A stretch of 64,000 nucleotides of DNA from the human T2T-CHM13v2.0 reference genome, Homo sapiens, in NCBI RefSeq assembly GCF_009914755.1, contig NC_060934.1; one strand, given 5' to 3'. The stretch's first letter is position 1, and the number at the start of each line of letters is the position of its first letter. The notes under the pieces were generated by a model, which did no database searches, was not told the DNA's origin, and saw only the letters and a program-made list of their open reading frames with translations. Below, piece after piece: positions 14,351-26,323 of the stretch. The translations under genes were made by a program, and so were the position numbers.

Positions 14351-14407
14351 GAAAGATGTTACAAGACCCCAACACTTACCCAAAGGTAGCCACTGGGTCA
14401 GGGTCTC

Positions 14408-14961
14408 TGCTACAGGAAAGGGGTCCCGATCCAGACCCCAAGAGAGTGTTCTTGGATCTTGCACAAGAAAGAATTCAGGGCGAGTCCTCAGTGCTAAGTG
14501 AAAGCAAGTTTATTAAGAAAGTAAAGGAATAAAAGAATGGCTACTCCATAGACAAAGCAGCCCTAAGTGCTGCTGGTTGCCCATTTTTATGGTTATTTCT
14601 TGAGGATATGCTAAAAAACAGGTAGATTATTCATGCCTCCCATTTTTAGACCATACAGGGTAACTTCTCGACGTTGCCATGGCATTTGTAAACTGTCATG
14701 GTGTTGATGGGAGTGTAGTAGTGAGGATGACCAGAGGTCATTCTCGTGGCCATTTTGGTTATGGTAGGATTTAGCTGGCTTCTTTACTGCAACCCATTTT
14801 ATCAGCAAGGTCTTTATGACCTGTATCTTGTGCCAACCTCCTATCTCATCCTGTGACTTAGAATGCCTTAACTGTCTGGGAATCCAGCCCAGTAGGTTTC
14901 AGCCTCATTTTACCCAGCTCCTATTCAAGATGGAGTTGTTCTGGTTCACATACCTCTGACA
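14408..14961 (-). mobile_element. 5' LTR, MER41A
   Basis: 554 bp, ungapped against the 3' LTR, about 52 mismatches by hand count. Confidence 0.92.
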
Positions 14962-15335
14962 AGAAGGCATGGCCTCTGCAAAGGTCTTGAGGCACAGGCT
15001 GGCAAGGCAATTTGTTCAGTGTGTCCTGGGTCACTCTCCCCCCATATTCCCTGCCAAGCCACATCCCTGCCCTGGAGATGGCTGGTAGAAAGGAGTAAGG
15101 AAGGAAATGGCAGTATTTATTTACAGAGATGACTAACCTTCTCAGGGAAGAAAGGGCCAGGGTATGGGGGCAGTAATCTAGTGCTCAGAGAGATTGAGTT
15201 TCTTCTTTCACATCACTTTGGCCAACATTTATGAATTTAAATTAAATAGAATATTTGGCAGTTCTGACATTTCACAACATTCCATTTGACCTCCAGTTAT
15301 AGCTCAAAAGTACAGAAAACCTTGTTGTCAAAATT

Positions 15336-15390
15336 ATATACATACACACACACACATACACACTCAAAGACACACATATACATATATATA
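15336..15390. repeat. Imperfect (CA)n/(TA)n microsatellite
   Basis: tatatacatacacacacacacatacacac...catatatata. Confidence 0.8.
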
Positions 15391-17059
15391 TTGACAGAGA
15401 GAGAAAGTTCCATTTTCTTAGTATTGAATGATTTGAAACTCACTGTATATTTACTCAGCTGTGCACAGCAATTACCAAATAGCTAAATGGTCAAGAATTT
15501 CCACAAAGTAAAACACAAATACCTGATATTTATGCTTTAAAGTTTCCCCTTTCAAACCATCATAATTTAACCCTCAGCATGGGGATTCCCTACTGACACC
15601 AGGGTTTGAATGACAGAAGGGATCAGCCACTGTATTTTGTTTCCATCAGGATCACATTAGCAACCTGTAATTTCTCCATATTAGAAAATAGCACTAATTT
15701 CCAAATAACAAGCAGTTGTAGGATGACTTTGCCCCCTGTCACCTAATGCTACTGTCATTTACACCCCTTTTCTGTGCAAAGGCTGAGACAGGGAGCTGCT
15801 CCCTCTAGCCACTCATAGACAGGACCCTGGGGCCTCTGTGACCTGCAGCCAAGCCACCTCTCAGGAATGGTACCTCCCAGAAGTCCTGCTTCCTTCCTTC
15901 TCTCATCCCTGAGAGCCTAGGGCCTTTGGTCCCTCTCTGAAGGGAAGGATTTGCAGAAATCCTCTGCATTTTGGCATCTTTCCTGAGTGGCAGGCCATTG
16001 TCTTCCAGAGGCTTGAAGACACAATGGATTACATACAGACATACACTTATAGGAACATGGCTCAAACTGTTTTCAGAGAAGCCCTGTCTCAATATTATAA
16101 TTTGTTTTGAGAGCTTTCAACTGTATTAGTTCTGAGGTGTCATGTCCAGAGAAAAGATAGTGATTATTTGTGGTTTCAGAATCCCCAAAAGCAGCTGCAT
16201 TCAGGTGAGGGTTGCAAAACAGCTACACAAACCGTGGAAAAGGAGAAACACAAAGCCAGAAAGAGGAGTGAGAATTTTCAGGCCTTCAAGTTCAGGAAGA
16301 CCAAAATCACAACAAAAGAAGACTGATGGTTATGAAAAAGTTTAAGTCCATTTCTTGGCACACACCATTTTCTGTGGAGATGGTGTGAGGGGTGTAATTC
16401 TAAGGGAGCAGGGTATGAGTTTAACATTTAAGAGTGCAGATGTGCAGAACTAGGTTTGTGTCCAGGGATGCACACTTGAGATACAGCACAGACTGTGAGA
16501 GTGAGGAGCTTGGCTGGAAAGTTGGGTAAGTTTCCCAGGGAAAGGGAACGACAGGACACAACTTTTCCTGTTTCAAAAAAATCAGCCTGGGTACCCCACT
16601 TCCAGATGCGAAGGCCCGAGACCTTGTTGGACTTGCTCCTTCTGGCTTCAGAAAGGAGTAGCTCTGCCACCTGACTAATCCTTATACCCAGCTAGGAAAG
16701 GGCTTGGACTGAGACTGGCCACATTGGAAAGAATTTCCAATGACATTTCTTTAGTCTAATGATACCTCTATGCTCAACAAAGACAACGGTTCTTATCAAT
16801 TGCTCTGGCTCTGTACTAGCTAGTGAAAGAGAATGTGGCTTATGCCTGTCCTTGGGATGTTGATTTTGCATAGACTTGAAGGTGGAGAACATGATCAACT
16901 GCATACTGCCCATACATGTGCAGGTTTTATTCTGATGACCATAGTCTTTATTGGAAAGCTTTATTTTTAAATCTCAAAATATCCTTCCAAAGAACTTCCT
17001 GCTCCTTTCTTGTATAATGAACACAATCATACAGAAAACTGCCAGTATGGGAATAAAGC

Positions 17060-17230
17060 TGACTTGAGATAAAATTCAAGTTCTGACATAACTAACTGTA
17101 TGACCTTGAGTAAGTCATTGAATTCATCTCCCACTACAGAGAAAGAGAGATATGTTGACCTAAAATTTGAAGTGTTGGGATAAGGAATAAATCATATGTC
17201 ATATACCAAAAGTCTAGCAATGTTCTTAAT
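17060..17230 (+). mobile_element. MIR fragment
   Basis: ttcaagttctgac...actgtatgaccttgagtaagtcattgaa core. Confidence 0.55.
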
Positions 17231-20034
17231 CCAGCATGTCCCAAAAAGACTTCTATTTGGCTACAAAATACATACTCTCTCCTCTAACTCCTACTAGTAT
17301 CCCCAGAATACTTAGGAAAGTCTGCGCTCTCCACAACTGCTGATTCCCATTTTCCAGTTTTCCTTCTTTCTGTGAGAGTGAGAAGCAGAACATTTAGGCT
17401 GGCACATTGCAGTTCCTTTGCCTTAGGCTAACTGACCTCTTCAGATGTCAAAGTATTGTGAACTCATATTGGGAATCCCCTTTTCTGAAGTGGCCTGACA
17501 GGGCTTTGATAATCTGAGAATCTTTGGCATAGTGACTGTTCCACTGTCAGCTTCCTGCATTTATCATTTAATCAGACATGTTTAGTTTTTACAATGGATA
17601 CTTTTCTTCCCAGAACAATGTTGGGATAAATATGTCATTTAAGAACCTTCCTTTATGTCTTGCTGATCTCCCATCAAATTTTATCTTGGTCACATAAAGA
17701 TCAGATTGTCCTTTGTCTATGAGTGTGCAATGATTGGGGAGGTTGAGAGAAGGGGGCTAACAATAACAGCTTTTGCGGAGTGCTCCCAGAGGAGGATGTG
17801 GCAAGGACACAAGACACAGGACTCGAACTCTGCGGATGCAGGCTTGTCCATTGCAAGAAGGGGCAACCAGCCCATTTACAGATGAGCAAACAGAGGCCCA
17901 GGCGATACTCAACTGGTTCATGTTCACATGATGCTGGGTACATGTAGAGCAGATTGTTTGTTTTTTTCTGCTGCAGAATGAGGTCTTACCATGCTTCCTC
18001 TTTAGCTACCCTGAGGGTTTAGTGCTGGCCTCTCATGGTTTGCTCTTCCCAGTGCTGTCTATGGATTGTACACAAAGACTCTGGTATTGTCAAGCTGGCT
18101 TTGCCAAGTTGACAATCGATGTTACAGAGGACAAAGAATCCCAGAGGATGAACTTCTGCCACTTGACCTGGTGTCCTGGGAGATGCCTGAGTGATTGATC
18201 TTCCCTCTGGGCCCTGGGAGGACGCAGTTCAGAGATCAAAGTTCGAGGTCCCTGAGGAGGCATTAGGCTAAGAGAGTGCTCTTCACAGAAGACATGGAGA
18301 CAACACCCCTGAATAAAAGGAACAGAATAATTAAATATAACTAGAAGATTAAATTTAAATTGGCACACAACCCAAATTTTAAGTTTGGGTTTTATCCTAA
18401 TGTCTACCAGGGCTTTAAAATCTTTTTGTTTCATAATATTCACCAGGAAAAATAGAGGTATAGCTTATGTTAGTTCTGTAGCTTAAAATTATCTTTTAAA
18501 AAAATTCTCACACTAGATACAATATTAGGTTGTTCTTATTAGTTTTTCCATAAAAACATATTTGCAAGAATAGTCTTGTTTAAAATCTAATGGAATCATA
18601 GTTTGTAAATGCTCAGTTAAAGATTTAGGTGAATATGATTGTCCCATCAATGAGTGTTGCGGGAATTTGTTCATGGAAATTAGATTTTTGATGCTGCTTC
18701 CTTTCCCAGGTGGCATGTTATCATCTCTTTAGCTACATTTTCCATTGGGTTATTGCTGCAGATGTAGCCTCAATGTCAAAACATTTGGGAAAAACAGTAT
18801 CATATTGCAAACAGCCTCAGTGATACGTTGGGGCCATTTGGGGAAGGGGACAGACTATCCAAGGTTCAACCTCATCATGTCCACACTGACCTTACAGAAG
18901 CAAGATTCACAAACCTGTGGGCTGGCTGTCCCCTGCCTGGGCTATGATTGATTTAGAAATCATGTGGGGCTGAGGCTTGAAAGCTATGAGTTGCTGGGGA
19001 GGATGGGGCTGGCAGAGGCAGCTCTAAAATTGTCAATGCATAATTGCGTGTCTGCCAGGTTATCATTATTCACTTGGGGTTGCAGCAGGGATCACATTAA
19101 TACACTGACAGCTGACTCCTTAGGAGAACAGCTGAGTAGAATCTCATCCTCACCCAGGAAAGATTCAATATGCAATAAAGGTGGGGGAAAAAGCAAATCT
19201 CCTCAAAATTTCTCTCCATCTCTCTTCCTCTGTTTGATGGCCCTTTGGAAAGCTCATTTATAATGTAGCCATGGTTGCAGGGTGATTGCTATTCTGTACA
19301 TCTATCCAAGAAGAGACTCTGATATGTTGATCTATGTAAGACTCTGATATGTTCAGCCACTGAGGATTCTATTTGTGAAAGAGTTTAATAGGTGTTTTGG
19401 GGAAAGGCCATGGCCCCTGTCACTGTGGAGTTAAAACTCATGGTTGGTAAGACTCTGATGTAAACCTTCCACCTTAACAGGGAAGATGCGGGAACCCGGG
19501 GCCCCTAGAAGGTTTGACATTTGATGTGATTCTGTAGTCACAGGTGTTTTCCTCAGACCAATCCTATAGACAATATCCCTTGAATTTACTGAGAGAGGAG
19601 GTAGGATGAAAAAGCAGATCAGCAACCCCAACAGGATTGCTTCTATCACAGGGCAAAATGAAGAGAGAAGGGCTATGGGTTGGGATATTCATAAAAACAA
19701 GGATAAAGTTGTTTATCCTGTTTTTAACCTGGAGAAATCTAGACTGAAAAATGGGTTGATGAGGACCCAGAAGGGAAGGGAGGAGAGCTGCCAGCAAACA
19801 GGATACCTTTAGAGGGAGTACAGGGCCCATCCTGTGCTGGTAAAAGGGTAAGTGGTGAGAAGGCCACACCAGGGCTTTATAGCAGCAGACACCAGCAGAG
19901 CGGTCCTGGTCACCAAGAGAGTAGGAAGTCCTGTTCAGGGAGTGGATGGGCCACAGAGAACTCTGTAGAAAAGGGAGGTGGATGTACCTGTAATTTCTCT
20001 CCGGCATCTCTATGCTAGACACAACTGGAGTAAG

Positions 20035-20830
20035 CAGTGGATGAGAACACTGGAGCTGGAATCATATCACCTGGATTCAAATCCTGTTCCTGCCACTTGC
20101 TACTATTCATGACAGTGGAAAAGTTTACCACCTGTGGCAGACATAGAGATAGGTTTCTCAGGTTCCCTTTCAAGAATGGAGTTGCTACTCAGTTGAGAAG
20201 AGTGTGGATAGCTGATGGCCTCTAGCTATTAGGCGTACAGTTCATCCACACTTATAAGCTGAAGTCATGCTGCTCTTAGGGCAGCCCTTGCCAATGACTA
20301 AGCATGGTAGAGAAAAAAGGGTCCAGGCATTTCCTTCAAAAGGGGACTCCTCTAGTGGGCAGTCTTTGCTTTGTTTCTTCTGGGACTGTGCAGAGACCTT
20401 GTCAAGTCTGCATGGTGGTCTGATGGCTCCTGATATTCTGTCACTCAGGCTGGAGTGCAGTGGCATGATCATGGCTCACTGCAGCCTTGAGCTCCCAGGC
20501 TCAAACGATCCTTCTTCTCAGCCTCCCAAGTAGCTGGGACTACAGGTGTGTGCTATCACAACCAGCTAAATTTTTGTATATTTTGTAAAGATAGGGTCTC
20601 CCAGTGTTGCCCAGGCTGTTCTCAAACTCTTGGGCTCAAGCAAAGCCCCAGCCCCAGCCTCCCAAAGTGCTGGGACTACAAGTATGAGCCATCACACCCC
20701 AGGAATTAATCCACAATAAGCTTTTCTATTTCTGACTCCATCTTAGCCACTGCTTTCCAGAGAACCTGTTAGTGCCATGGCCCTATAGCTCAGTTTCTTC
20801 ACTTGCAAATTGAAGATGGAGATAATCATT
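20035..20830 (+). mobile_element. MIR interrupted by an LTR16-like ERVL LTR (~20133-20777)
   Basis: MIR core (cctggattcaaatcctgttcctgccacttgcta) breaks at ~20132 and resumes at ~20780 (ctcagtttcttcacttgcaaa); LTR16-like sequence lies between. Confidence 0.5.
20437..20700 (-). mobile_element. AluJ lacking its poly-A tail, inside the LTR16-like element
   Basis: AluJ diagnostics (atcatggctcactgcagcct, gggctcaag); no poly-T at the left end. Confidence 0.85.
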
Positions 20831-21734
20831 CCAGGCAGACAGGAATCAGGCAATGGTGGTGCTAAGCATGAGGAAGTAATTTCACTCCAAAGCAAACAGC
20901 ACATATAGAATCAGAGACTTGTGAAACATCATGGCTTCGAAACAGTCTCACCTAATGCAAAACAATCACTCAGTGGACCCAGCAGCCCTTTGTGATACTT
21001 GTGATACGTACACCGTTTCTTCAGGGCAGTTGAACAGTTGCCCAGTGGCATGGAATCCATGTTACACCTGGAATTTCAAGAAGAACAAACTATTCACAAA
21101 TAATACTCTTCATTGTTTCAAACAGGGCAGACTAGAGCCTAGAGCCTGCTACAGTCTTTCCTGGACTCATGAAGCCTATATTTGCATGTCATGCAAGCCA
21201 ATTTACATTGGACTTATGAGTGTAATCTCTCTAGAGAGAATGAGGTCCTTTAGACTCAAGTGTATTCTTTGTCCTTTCCTCTCTAGATATATGCATTTGA
21301 ACACATGAACAACGAGCAATTTGTGTGTATCTCAAGAAAATAATGGAAATGTGGCCAAATATGTCAATAATTAGGGAAAGCTAAAAAAGAAAAAAGGAAA
21401 ACTCCAGGAACTCAATTGGTGTAGTGTTTTCCCTTCAAGAATGTACAACTACTGTCATTCGTGACATTTTGGGTAACTTGTGCACTGAACCACATCTTTG
21501 GCAGTGGCTTGTGCTGCCCGCGGCTAAATCATTCTCTCACCTTGATTTGCCATGTGCATTGGCCCCAATAAATCATACCCCACTTAACCCCATGCCCCGA
21601 CCTTTTGTTTCACTCTCTCAATTTCTATCTTTTTCAGCCCTTTCAGGTTTAACAAATTTTTAAATTGATATAAAATTTTAAGTGATTAGACCATGTTTAG
21701 TGGTCTGATGTCCTCTTTTCATGTCCTCTATGCA

Positions 21735-21817
21735 TCTCTCTCTCTCTGTCTCTCTTTCTCACACATCCTCACTTTTTTTCTCTACACACACACACACACA
21801 CACACAGAAACACACAC
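21735..21817. repeat. (TC)n and (CA)n microsatellite
   Basis: tctctctctctgtctctc...acacacacacacacacacac. Confidence 0.85.
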
Positions 21818-22134
21818 CTCTTCCCCCTCCCTCTACATTCACCCTTATGCCTCCCCACTTATAGAGGAAAAAAATCAGAAGTATTTTCCCGCATCAAACC
21901 TGTCTTCTGGAGAGAAGAATATATCTGTCTCATTAGATGAGAAGCAAGGTTATCTAAGTTTTCTAGGTTTACTGGAGAGTGAGTCTTGCATTCCCCATTA
22001 GATGATAAGTTCACATGCTTAGCAAGCAGAGAGGTAGAGTCGTTGGGTTTTGTAAAGAAAGCCCACTAAAAGAGGCTGCTGTTCAATCCCACCTGGAAGG
22101 AGGAAATAGGAAATTACTAGACCAACATCCTTAA

Positions 22135-22320
22135 TGGCTACCACACTAGGAGTGTGGTCTTGGGCAAGCTACCTAATTTTTTCCCTGAATTTACAAATTG
22201 AGATGATAATCATATTTTCTACACAATAGGACCACTATAGAATGAAATGAAAAAAGAAAACCACCCAGCCCTTGCACAGTGCTTGGAATATAGCAAATGT
22301 TCCTAAATGTTAGATATTAT
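22135..22320 (+). mobile_element. MIR
   Basis: gtgtggtcttgggcaagcta...cacagtgcttggaatatagcaaatgttcctaaatgttag. Confidence 0.65.
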
Positions 22321-23429
22321 GACTTTTGTTTCCTAGCTTGATAAAAAATTATAAAGTTTACAGTCGCAGGAAAAATAGAATTTTAACATATGTTTCGCAA
22401 TTTACACTGCAGATCTGCTGTTCTTTTGACATTTCTATAATATTTCCAAGTGTAGCTATGTTTGCCCCTCTGGGACACTGAGGTATGAGGTTGGCATGGT
22501 AAGGGGGAAACATTATCTCGGTTTCCCGTTTTCCCAATACTCCACGAATGGCCCAGAGATCATGTTTGGTTTAATGTTTCATGCAACCTGCTTTTGTGTT
22601 TTACTTTTTCACAAAATGAAGTGTTAATGCATGAAAGATCATTTACATATGGCCTACTAGTTATTTAAGAAAACAGCAATTAAACATGTTGAGATAATTA
22701 ACAGTGTTCATACGATTAACAATGCTTTTTAGATGCTAGACATTAATGGAGTAGATGCCAAATAAATGTAATCCTACACTTCAGTTAGGATTTCTTTGTT
22801 AATTATATTAATTTACAAATTAAAAACAACAATCAAACAATCACATTCATTCAAACACAATGAGTATTTTAAAAGTTGAAATAATCAAGGGGAGTTTCTG
22901 CTCTGAGGACAGAATGGGATGGATTAACTGTATTTTCTGTTCCCACCAGAGGACAGAGTAATTAAGGACAAGAAATATCCTGCTACACTGCAGGCTACCC
23001 AAAATGGACTCATCCAACCCTTTCATAAGCGTAGTTTTTTTCAAGCTAACTTGCCTACTGGTATCCAACAAAATGGAATTGTTCTGCAGCTGTGATTCAT
23101 ATGCCCTTCTGTGGATCTCATTCCTGTGTGACCTCACAATACAGTACGGATTTTAACTGAGACACATGGAAACATCAGGTGAGCCCCCCTCTCAGAGCAG
23201 CATCTCAGCTACCTGGGCCTGTGGTCACAGACCTTATAAGTTGGGGTGATTCATATCCACTTATATTCACAGCAACATTCACAATCCCAGGACTGCTCCC
23301 AGATCATCACAGTCTATTTCTGAAGGTGGTGACCCCAATGCCATTGCTATGGGGCATCCGGGAACGTATGTCCCTCCAGTGTCTGCTGAGCCACTGGTAC
23401 ATGCAACAGTTCCATTGTTAGGCAGCGGA

Positions 23430-23600
23430 ATCCAGGGTAAATAAATTTAGACACACCAGCTCCACCACTGACTGGCTGAGTGGTCTTGGGCAAGATTACT
23501 TGCCTCAATATTTCTAAAAGTGTAAAATGTGGATAGGATATTATTATCTAGTTTATGGAGTTATTTTGAGGATTGAAATGAGATAATCCCTTGAATGTTA
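23430..23600 (+). mobile_element. MIR
   Basis: ccagctccaccactgactggctgagtggtcttgggcaag...tgtaaaatg...gaggattgaaatgagataat. Confidence 0.7.
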
Positions 23601-23672
23601 ATTTCTTCCACTTGTTCTGGATGTGTTTAAGCCCTTAGTATTCAGGCAGTTGCAGCAGGGTTCATTTAATTT

Positions 23673-23850
23673 GGAAGAGAGGGAGGGAGAAAGAAGGGAA
23701 GAAAGAAAACAAATCAGAAAAGAAGAAAGAAGGAAGGGAGGAAGAAGGAAGGAGGAGGGAGGGAGAGAGGAAGAAAAGAAGGAAGAAAGTGAGAGAGGGA
23801 AGGAGGAAGGATAAAGGAAAGGAGGAAGAGAGAGGAAGGGAGGTAGAGAT
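23673..23850. repeat. GA-rich low-complexity tract
   Basis: Nearly pure purine GGAA/GGAG/AAAG repeats. Confidence 0.9.
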
Positions 23851-25366
23851 GGGAAATTTAAATTCTTTAGTTGGCTGTCTCATGGATCTACAGTCAGGAG
23901 TGGCTCTGGCTGTACAGATAAAGACTGTAAATTTAAGGGGCAATAAAAGGGAGGTGAATAGTATAAGTGATAATTGGAACCTGGGTTTGATTCCCAGATT
24001 ATGGCAGGGAAGGTAATTGGCATTGATTGATCATCTATATCAAATTTGACCCTGTGTTTGACATTTTACCCACACTCTTTTCATACAGTTGGTGAGTTTC
24101 TAGGCTCTGATTTGAACGCAAGTTTCTATCTACATCTCTGATTTCACAGAGGTCAAGACCTAAGTTACTTTCCTAGTCTCCTTTGGCCTATTGGGTCTGT
24201 TTGTGTCCTGAGCGATGGACTGTCCACTTGTCTGGTTGTCAGCTTCCTCCCCAACAAGTTCTTGGGTACCCCCATGTCACAAGGCTCCAGAGAGGAGCTG
24301 TCAGATTTCCCACCCTGGGTGAGAAGATGGAGAAAGACCCTAAACATATCTTCATGTGCCAGGACCCACAGGCTCAAAGAAGTGCAGTCATTTCTTTGTT
24401 AAAAGCATAGCTGAGTTTGGGGTCTCTGTCTGCTTTGAAAGTACTTCTGGCTTCATGCGCAAAACTAATCATATATCCCTCTCCTGATCTTCCACAAAAG
24501 ATAATAATTTGAGCTTCTATAGGCAAAGCAATTTTTGTTTACAAACCCTGGATCTAAAAAAGCATCAGGATTTCAAGTATTTTAATGTTTATGGGCCTTT
24601 GTCCTACTTATTCCCTCTGCCTGCTTAGTTTTCTCTTGTACTTTCACATCCCATCCCGCTAACCTGGTAAATTATTGTGGATTTTTTCAACATTATCCTA
24701 ATAATCACCTTCTCCAGGGAGCCTCCCCTGATTATACTCTTCCATCCAAATGTGGGTTTGGGTCTGTCTTTCTGGGACTTCCATTATCATTATCATCACT
24801 CTGAGCATTAAGTACCTCTTTGAGCTTCTGTCCTCCTTAGTACACCAAGTTCCTCCAGACATACTCTATGGCTTGATTTCTATTCCCTAATACCTACCTA
24901 TTCATGCTGAGATCTAAGGAGGTTCACCCTCCCAAAAATGGTCATACTCAAGTGGATTAATTAATCTGATCAAGATGTTGAGGTCCCATGGAATCCAAAC
25001 AGCTCTAGCAATTCAAGCAATTGTTGTTAGAGGACTCCCAGCATGTTCTTATTAGGATGAGCACAGTTGAAACTCATTAGTATGTCCCATCCATACTCCC
25101 TGGAAAGGGAGTGAGATTTATTTAGAGCAGGCAGTTTAATCCAGCTTCCTTCACTACATTCATCTATAGCCATAGGGACTGAGAAGAAGGTCAGAAATTA
25201 TCCCACGATTTAATCAATGCAAGAGCTAATCTCGGCACCTCAAATGAAAGGAACCACCTGTTCATCAGCAGCCCTTTTTTTGGTTATCATCACAGTTCAT
25301 TCTGAAAGTGAAATTTTCCTTTTGTTCCTGTTTTCTTCTCCTTGGCATTTTACGGTGCTGTGAGGC

Positions 25367-26323
25367 AGCCCTTCTCAAATCTACATGCATCTGAGAATCA
25401 ACCAGGGATTAATCAACCAGATTCAGTTAAAATACTGAACCTGATTCAAGAAGTTTGGGGACGGGTCTGAGATTCAGAGATTACAACAAGCTCCCAGGCT
25501 AAGCACTGCTGCTGCTGGTCCATAGAGCACACATTGAGTAGCAAGGGTATAGAGACACAGTTCTCAACCTCAGCTGTACATTTCAATTACCTGTGGAATT
25601 TGATAAAGGGTCCATTCCTGAGCCCTGTCTCAGACCATTTAAATCAAACTATGGATGAGGCCCAGGCATGGCATTTTTTAAAATCTCTTCTGGAAATTCC
25701 AACACATAGCCAAGGCTGAGAACTGTTGGCGTGGACCACAAAGTGTTCCCAAAATGTAATCACCAGAATAGCAGCTTCAGCATCAACTGGAAACTTGTCA
25801 GAAATACAAATTCTCAGTAAATAGATACACAAATTGTGGCCTACACAATGACTGAAATATTATTCAGCAATAAAATTGAGTGAAATACTGGTACATACTA
25901 CAACATGAACAGATCTCAAAAACACTATGCTAAGTAAAAAGAAGGTCAACGAAAAGGATCATATGTTGTGTGATTCCAGAACAGGCAAATCTATAGACAC
26001 AGAAAGTAAATTAATGGTTGCTGGGGACTAGGAGTGGGAACTGGGAGTGACTTCATAGGTACAAAGTTTCTTCCTGGTGTGATGGAAATGTTACAAAAAT
26101 AGACTGCATTGATGGTTGTACAAATAGGTAAAATTTTTAAAAATTACTGAATCGTACACTTAAAATGGTTGAACTTTTTAATATGTAAAGTCTATCTCAA
26201 TAAAAAATAATGTAAATGTTCTTGCCACACCCAGACATAGTAAATCGGGAGTGAGGCCTATCAATATGTGTTTATCAAGCCTTCCAGGTGACTCTGAGGC
26301 ACACTCATCTTTGGGAACTCCTG
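25367..26323. mobile_element. Cluster of three MER5-family DNA transposons; the third is split by an L1M 3' fragment
   Basis: MER5A-like 25367-25547, MER5A1/B-like 25558-25728, MER5A-like 25740-25817 resuming at ~26210-26323. Confidence 0.7.
25818..26208 (+). mobile_element. L1M (L1MB/ME-like) 3' end
   Basis: aaattgtgg...atattattcagcaataaaa...aacactatgctaagtaaaa...tatctcaataaaaaa. Confidence 0.8.

Larger units (their letters stand above)
8441..14961 (-). mobile_element. Complete MER41A-type ERV1 provirus (LTR-MER41int-LTR), non-coding
   Basis: Two colinear 554-bp LTRs with TG...CA ends, 4-bp TSD AGAA (8437-8440 and 14962-14965), PPT, PBS-like site, ~5.4 kb internal region with no long ORF. 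Confidence 0.93.

Noticed and set aside
19564-20022. 152-aa ORF; similarly 26599-27024, 30233-30697 and 61746-62213
   Set aside because: No recognisable domain; compatible with chance or overlapping L2/Alu sequence
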